Assembly: GCA_964407215.1 (NCBI GenBank)
Contig: CAYOUT010000003.1
Coordinates: forward strand, 34,700 to 98,699
Origin: an uncultured Anaerolineales bacterium
GTDB lineage: Bacteria > Chloroflexota > Anaerolineae > UBA1429
Direction of reading: 5' to 3'
Length of the DNA: 64,000 nucleotides
In this document: positions 61,818 to 64,000 of the stretch, in pieces
How the letters are laid out: each line of letters begins with the position of its first letter
How positions within the stretch are numbered: position 1 is the first letter of the stretch
Program-made: the position numbers and the translations under genes
The notes under the pieces: model-generated
Told to the model about the DNA's origin: nothing
Databases searched by the model: none
Seen by the model: only the letters and a program-made list of their open reading frames with translations

Positions 61818-63709
61818 CGGATGATCACGGTTTTAGCCCGAATGCGCCCACCAAGCCCTCCGATACGGGCCAAGTGGCCCAAAAATTGTGGCCTTATTTT
61901 GACCCCTATAAGTGGCGGTTGGGCGCCATCGCCTTGGTGCTGGTGGCCGCTACTTTGGTGGATATGGCGGGCCCCTATCTCATCGGTGTTGCCGTGGACC
62001 AGTTCATTGACCCCACGAATCAGGTCGCACCGGCTTGGCTCGTACTGCTGGTCGGCCCGGATGTGGAGCGCCGCGTTGGCCTGGCGATAGTGATGGCTCT
62101 TCTCGCACTGACGTATGCTGTGGGGTGGGGGATGAGCGTGTTGCTGTTCCGGCTGATGGTGCGCATGTCGCAAAAGATTTTGTTGACGATGCGGACCCAG
62201 ATCTTTGACCAGATCCAACGCCTCTCGCTGAGCTTCTTTGATCAACACGAGGCCGGAGACCTCATGAGTCGGTTGGTCAACGATACCCAGGTGATCAACG
62301 ATATGTTTGGCCCCGGTTTGGCCCAAATGCTCAGGGGGTTGCTGAGCCTAGTGGGCATTTTGGTGGCTATGGTGGCCCTCAACTGGCGGCTCGCGGTGGC
62401 TTCGTTCGCCGTGTTGCCCCTTTTCCTGGTGGCCACCCTCTTTTTCGTGCGACGTGTGCGCATAGCCTTCCGGCAGACGCGAAAAACGATCGGCGAAGTG
62501 AGTGCCGAGTTACAGGAGAATATCGCGGGCGTCCGTGAGGTGCAGGCTTTCAGCCGTGAGGACGAGAGCCTGCAAGAGTTCGAGGCCGTCAACGCGCGCA
62601 ACCGGAGCGCCAACATACAGGCCGAGACGCTCTCCTCCGCTTTCCAGCCGACGCTTGAGGTGCTAAGCACTGTGGGGGTTGCTGCCGTGACCGGTTATGG
62701 CGGCTATCTGGTCATAGCGTACTCTCCGCCGCTGGTGAGCATTGGCGTGATCGTTGCTTTTCTGACATATGTGCGGCGTTTCTATCAGCCTATCGCCGAG
62801 CTGGCTCAGCTCTTTGGCCAGCTGCAATCGGCCATCGCGGGGGCGGAACGCATCTTTGAACTGCTCGATACCGAACCAGAGATCACCACCGCTCTCGATG
62901 CTGTAGAGCCAGGCACTCTCACGGGCAGGATCGAGTATCGTAACGTGAGTTTTCGGTACACGGACGAAGAGCCGGTGTTGGAGGATGTCTCGCTGACTAT
63001 TGAGCCGGAGCAGACAGTGGCTTTAGTGGGGCCGACTGGCTCAGGCAAGACCACCATTGTGAACCTTCTCATCCGGAATTACGATACACAAGCAGGATCT
63101 ATCCTGGTGGACGGCCACGACCTGCGGACGGTGGACATAGCCAGTCTGCGCCAGCAGATCGGCGTGGTGCCTCAGGACACTTTTCTTTTCTCGGGCACAG
63201 TGATGGACAACATCCGGTATGGGCGCTTGGAGGCCAGCGACGAAGAGGTCATCGAGGCCGCCAAGACGGCTAACGCACACAGCTTTATCGAGCGCATGCC
63301 CCAGGGTTACCAAACGGAGATCGGCGAGCGTGGGGCCAACCTCAGCCACGGCAATCGACAATTGCTGGCGATCGCCCGCGCTATCCTCAAAGATCCGCGT
63401 ATCCTGATTTTGGATGAGGCCACTAGCTCGGTGGATACTCGGACGGAACTACTGATCCAGCATGGCTTGGCGCAATTACTGAAGCGTCGCACCAGTTTGA
63501 TCATCGCGCATCGCCTCAGTACGATTCGCAACGCCGACCTGATTTTGGTGCTCAAAGATGGACGCGTTGTAGAGCGGGGCACACACAACGAGTTGCTGGC
63601 CCTCCGTGGCTTGTACCACAACCTGTATATGAGCCAGTTCCGCCGGCAAGAGACGATTGCGCCGACGGAACTGGTGTCGAGAGTCAAACCCGAGATGGGT
63701 ACCAGCTAA
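61814..63709 (+). CDS. ABC transporter permease/ATP-binding protein, subunit 2 (heterodimer partner)
   Basis: GPTGSGKTT and LILDEATSS are present. The signature is degenerate (LSHGNRQLLAIARA). There is a 4-nt overlap with subunit 1. Confidence 0.8.
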   Translation: MTDDHGFSPNAPTKPSDTGQVAQKLWPYFDPYKWRLGAIALVLVAATLVDMAGPYLIGVAVDQFIDPTNQVAPAWLVLLVGPDVERRVGLAIVMALLALTYAVGWGMSVLLFRLMVRMSQKILLTMRTQIFDQIQRLSLSFFDQHEAGDLMSRLVNDTQVINDMFGPGLAQMLRGLLSLVGILVAMVALNWRLAVASFAVLPLFLVATLFFVRRVRIAFRQTRKTIGEVSAELQENIAGVREVQAFSREDESLQEFEAVNARNRSANIQAETLSSAFQPTLEVLSTVGVAAVTGYGGYLVIAYSPPLVSIGVIVAFLTYVRRFYQPIAELAQLFGQLQSAIAGAERIFELLDTEPEITTALDAVEPGTLTGRIEYRNVSFRYTDEEPVLEDVSLTIEPEQTVALVGPTGSGKTTIVNLLIRNYDTQAGSILVDGHDLRTVDIASLRQQIGVVPQDTFLFSGTVMDNIRYGRLEASDEEVIEAAKTANAHSFIERMPQGYQTEIGERGANLSHGNRQLLAIARAILKDPRILILDEATSSVDTRTELLIQHGLAQLLKRRTSLIIAHRLSTIRNADLILVLKDGRVVERGTHNELLALRGLYHNLYMSQFRRQETIAPTELVSRVKPEMGTS

Positions 63710-64000
63710 GTAGCGTTGGCCCAGGTGCTGGGGAAGCCCGCCTCGCGCAGCCACTCTGCGGAGAGCAGCTCCGCGCGGGCCAACCACATGCGCACCTGTG
63801 CCAGGTCAAAGGGCGGGTTGCCGGCTAGGTAATGGCTCTTGCCCGGGCCGAGCTCGCTCTCCCAGGCGAGAACATAGAGGCGTTTCCAGCTGTTAGAGAA
63901 GGGCACCCGCTCCAATGGGGTAACTGCGTCAGCTTTGGCTAGGGCAGCGCCTTCGGTCACCTTCTCGCCCGAGGCTACGTCTAGGATGCTGTAGGCCACG
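63706..64000 (-). CDS. hypothetical protein; partial, with its N-terminus beyond the window end
   Basis: The ORF runs to the window edge. It converges on the ABC exporter with a 4-nt overlap. I recognise no motif. Confidence 0.3.
   Translation of the reverse strand, partial: VAYSILDVASGEKVTEGAALAKADAVTPLERVPFSNSWKRLYVLAWESELGPGKSHYLAGNPPFDLAQVRMWLARAELLSAEWLREAGFPSTWANAT

Overview
This is a 64 kb window from a high-GC bacterial chromosome. The gene content and compact organisation look Chloroflexi-like. It is densely coding on both strands, and I see no transposases, integrases, CRISPR arrays, rRNA or obvious tRNA genes. The window breaks into six blocks.

- **Block 1 (1..7760):** a DeoR-regulated sugar catabolic cluster. 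It holds a pfkB kinase, MtlD, an SDR, an unusually long MDR dehydrogenase, a class II aldolase and a P. stutzeri-type L-rhamnose isomerase. The DeoR promoter and a TTCGAA repeat operator are readable.
- **Block 2 (7863..18374):** an accessory set. It holds a SAM-MTase, a GNAT, a DUF4091/GH123-like protein, a Cys-repeat lipoprotein, a CFA-synthase-like MTase, an enolase-superfamily enzyme, a clan GH-A hydrolase and a first URO-D-like protein.
- **Block 3 (18733..22919):** a translationally coupled pair. A GalU-like nucleotidyltransferase sits upstream of a 1106-aa multidomain protein (GHMP sugar-1-kinase fused to a UDPGP-family pyrophosphorylase). This is the most unusual element in the window. 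It is followed by an ~800 bp low-GC non-coding region.
- **Block 4 (23732..33279):** a DUF92 (VTE6-like) plus CdsA-family (VTE5-like) polyprenol kinase pair, then a Moco/tungsten locus. The locus runs mog/moaB, moeA x2, moaA, moaC, MOSC, tupB, tupC, tupA. It is preceded by a structured leader with an intrinsic terminator, which I read as a candidate Moco/Tuco riboswitch.
- **Block 5 (33389..41347):** a Gfo/Idh/MocA-AKR fusion oxidoreductase, an MFS transporter and a Zn-ADH. These are followed by metY-metX-metW behind a strong sigma70-like promoter and a 170-nt leader.
- **Block 6 (41483..64000):** a glycan and sugar-acid utilisation island. It holds a GH29 fucosidase, GH4, GH2, GH42, an FAD oxidoreductase, two more URO-D-like paralogs, two more enolase-superfamily enzymes, a Gfo/Idh/MocA dehydrogenase and a DapA-family aldolase. 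It also holds disrupted small membrane ORFs and a heterodimeric ABC exporter pair.

Many ORF-track entries are antisense or N-terminally over-extended. Where a Shine-Dalgarno sequence and a conserved N-terminal motif allowed, I moved the start codon and say so in the evidence.
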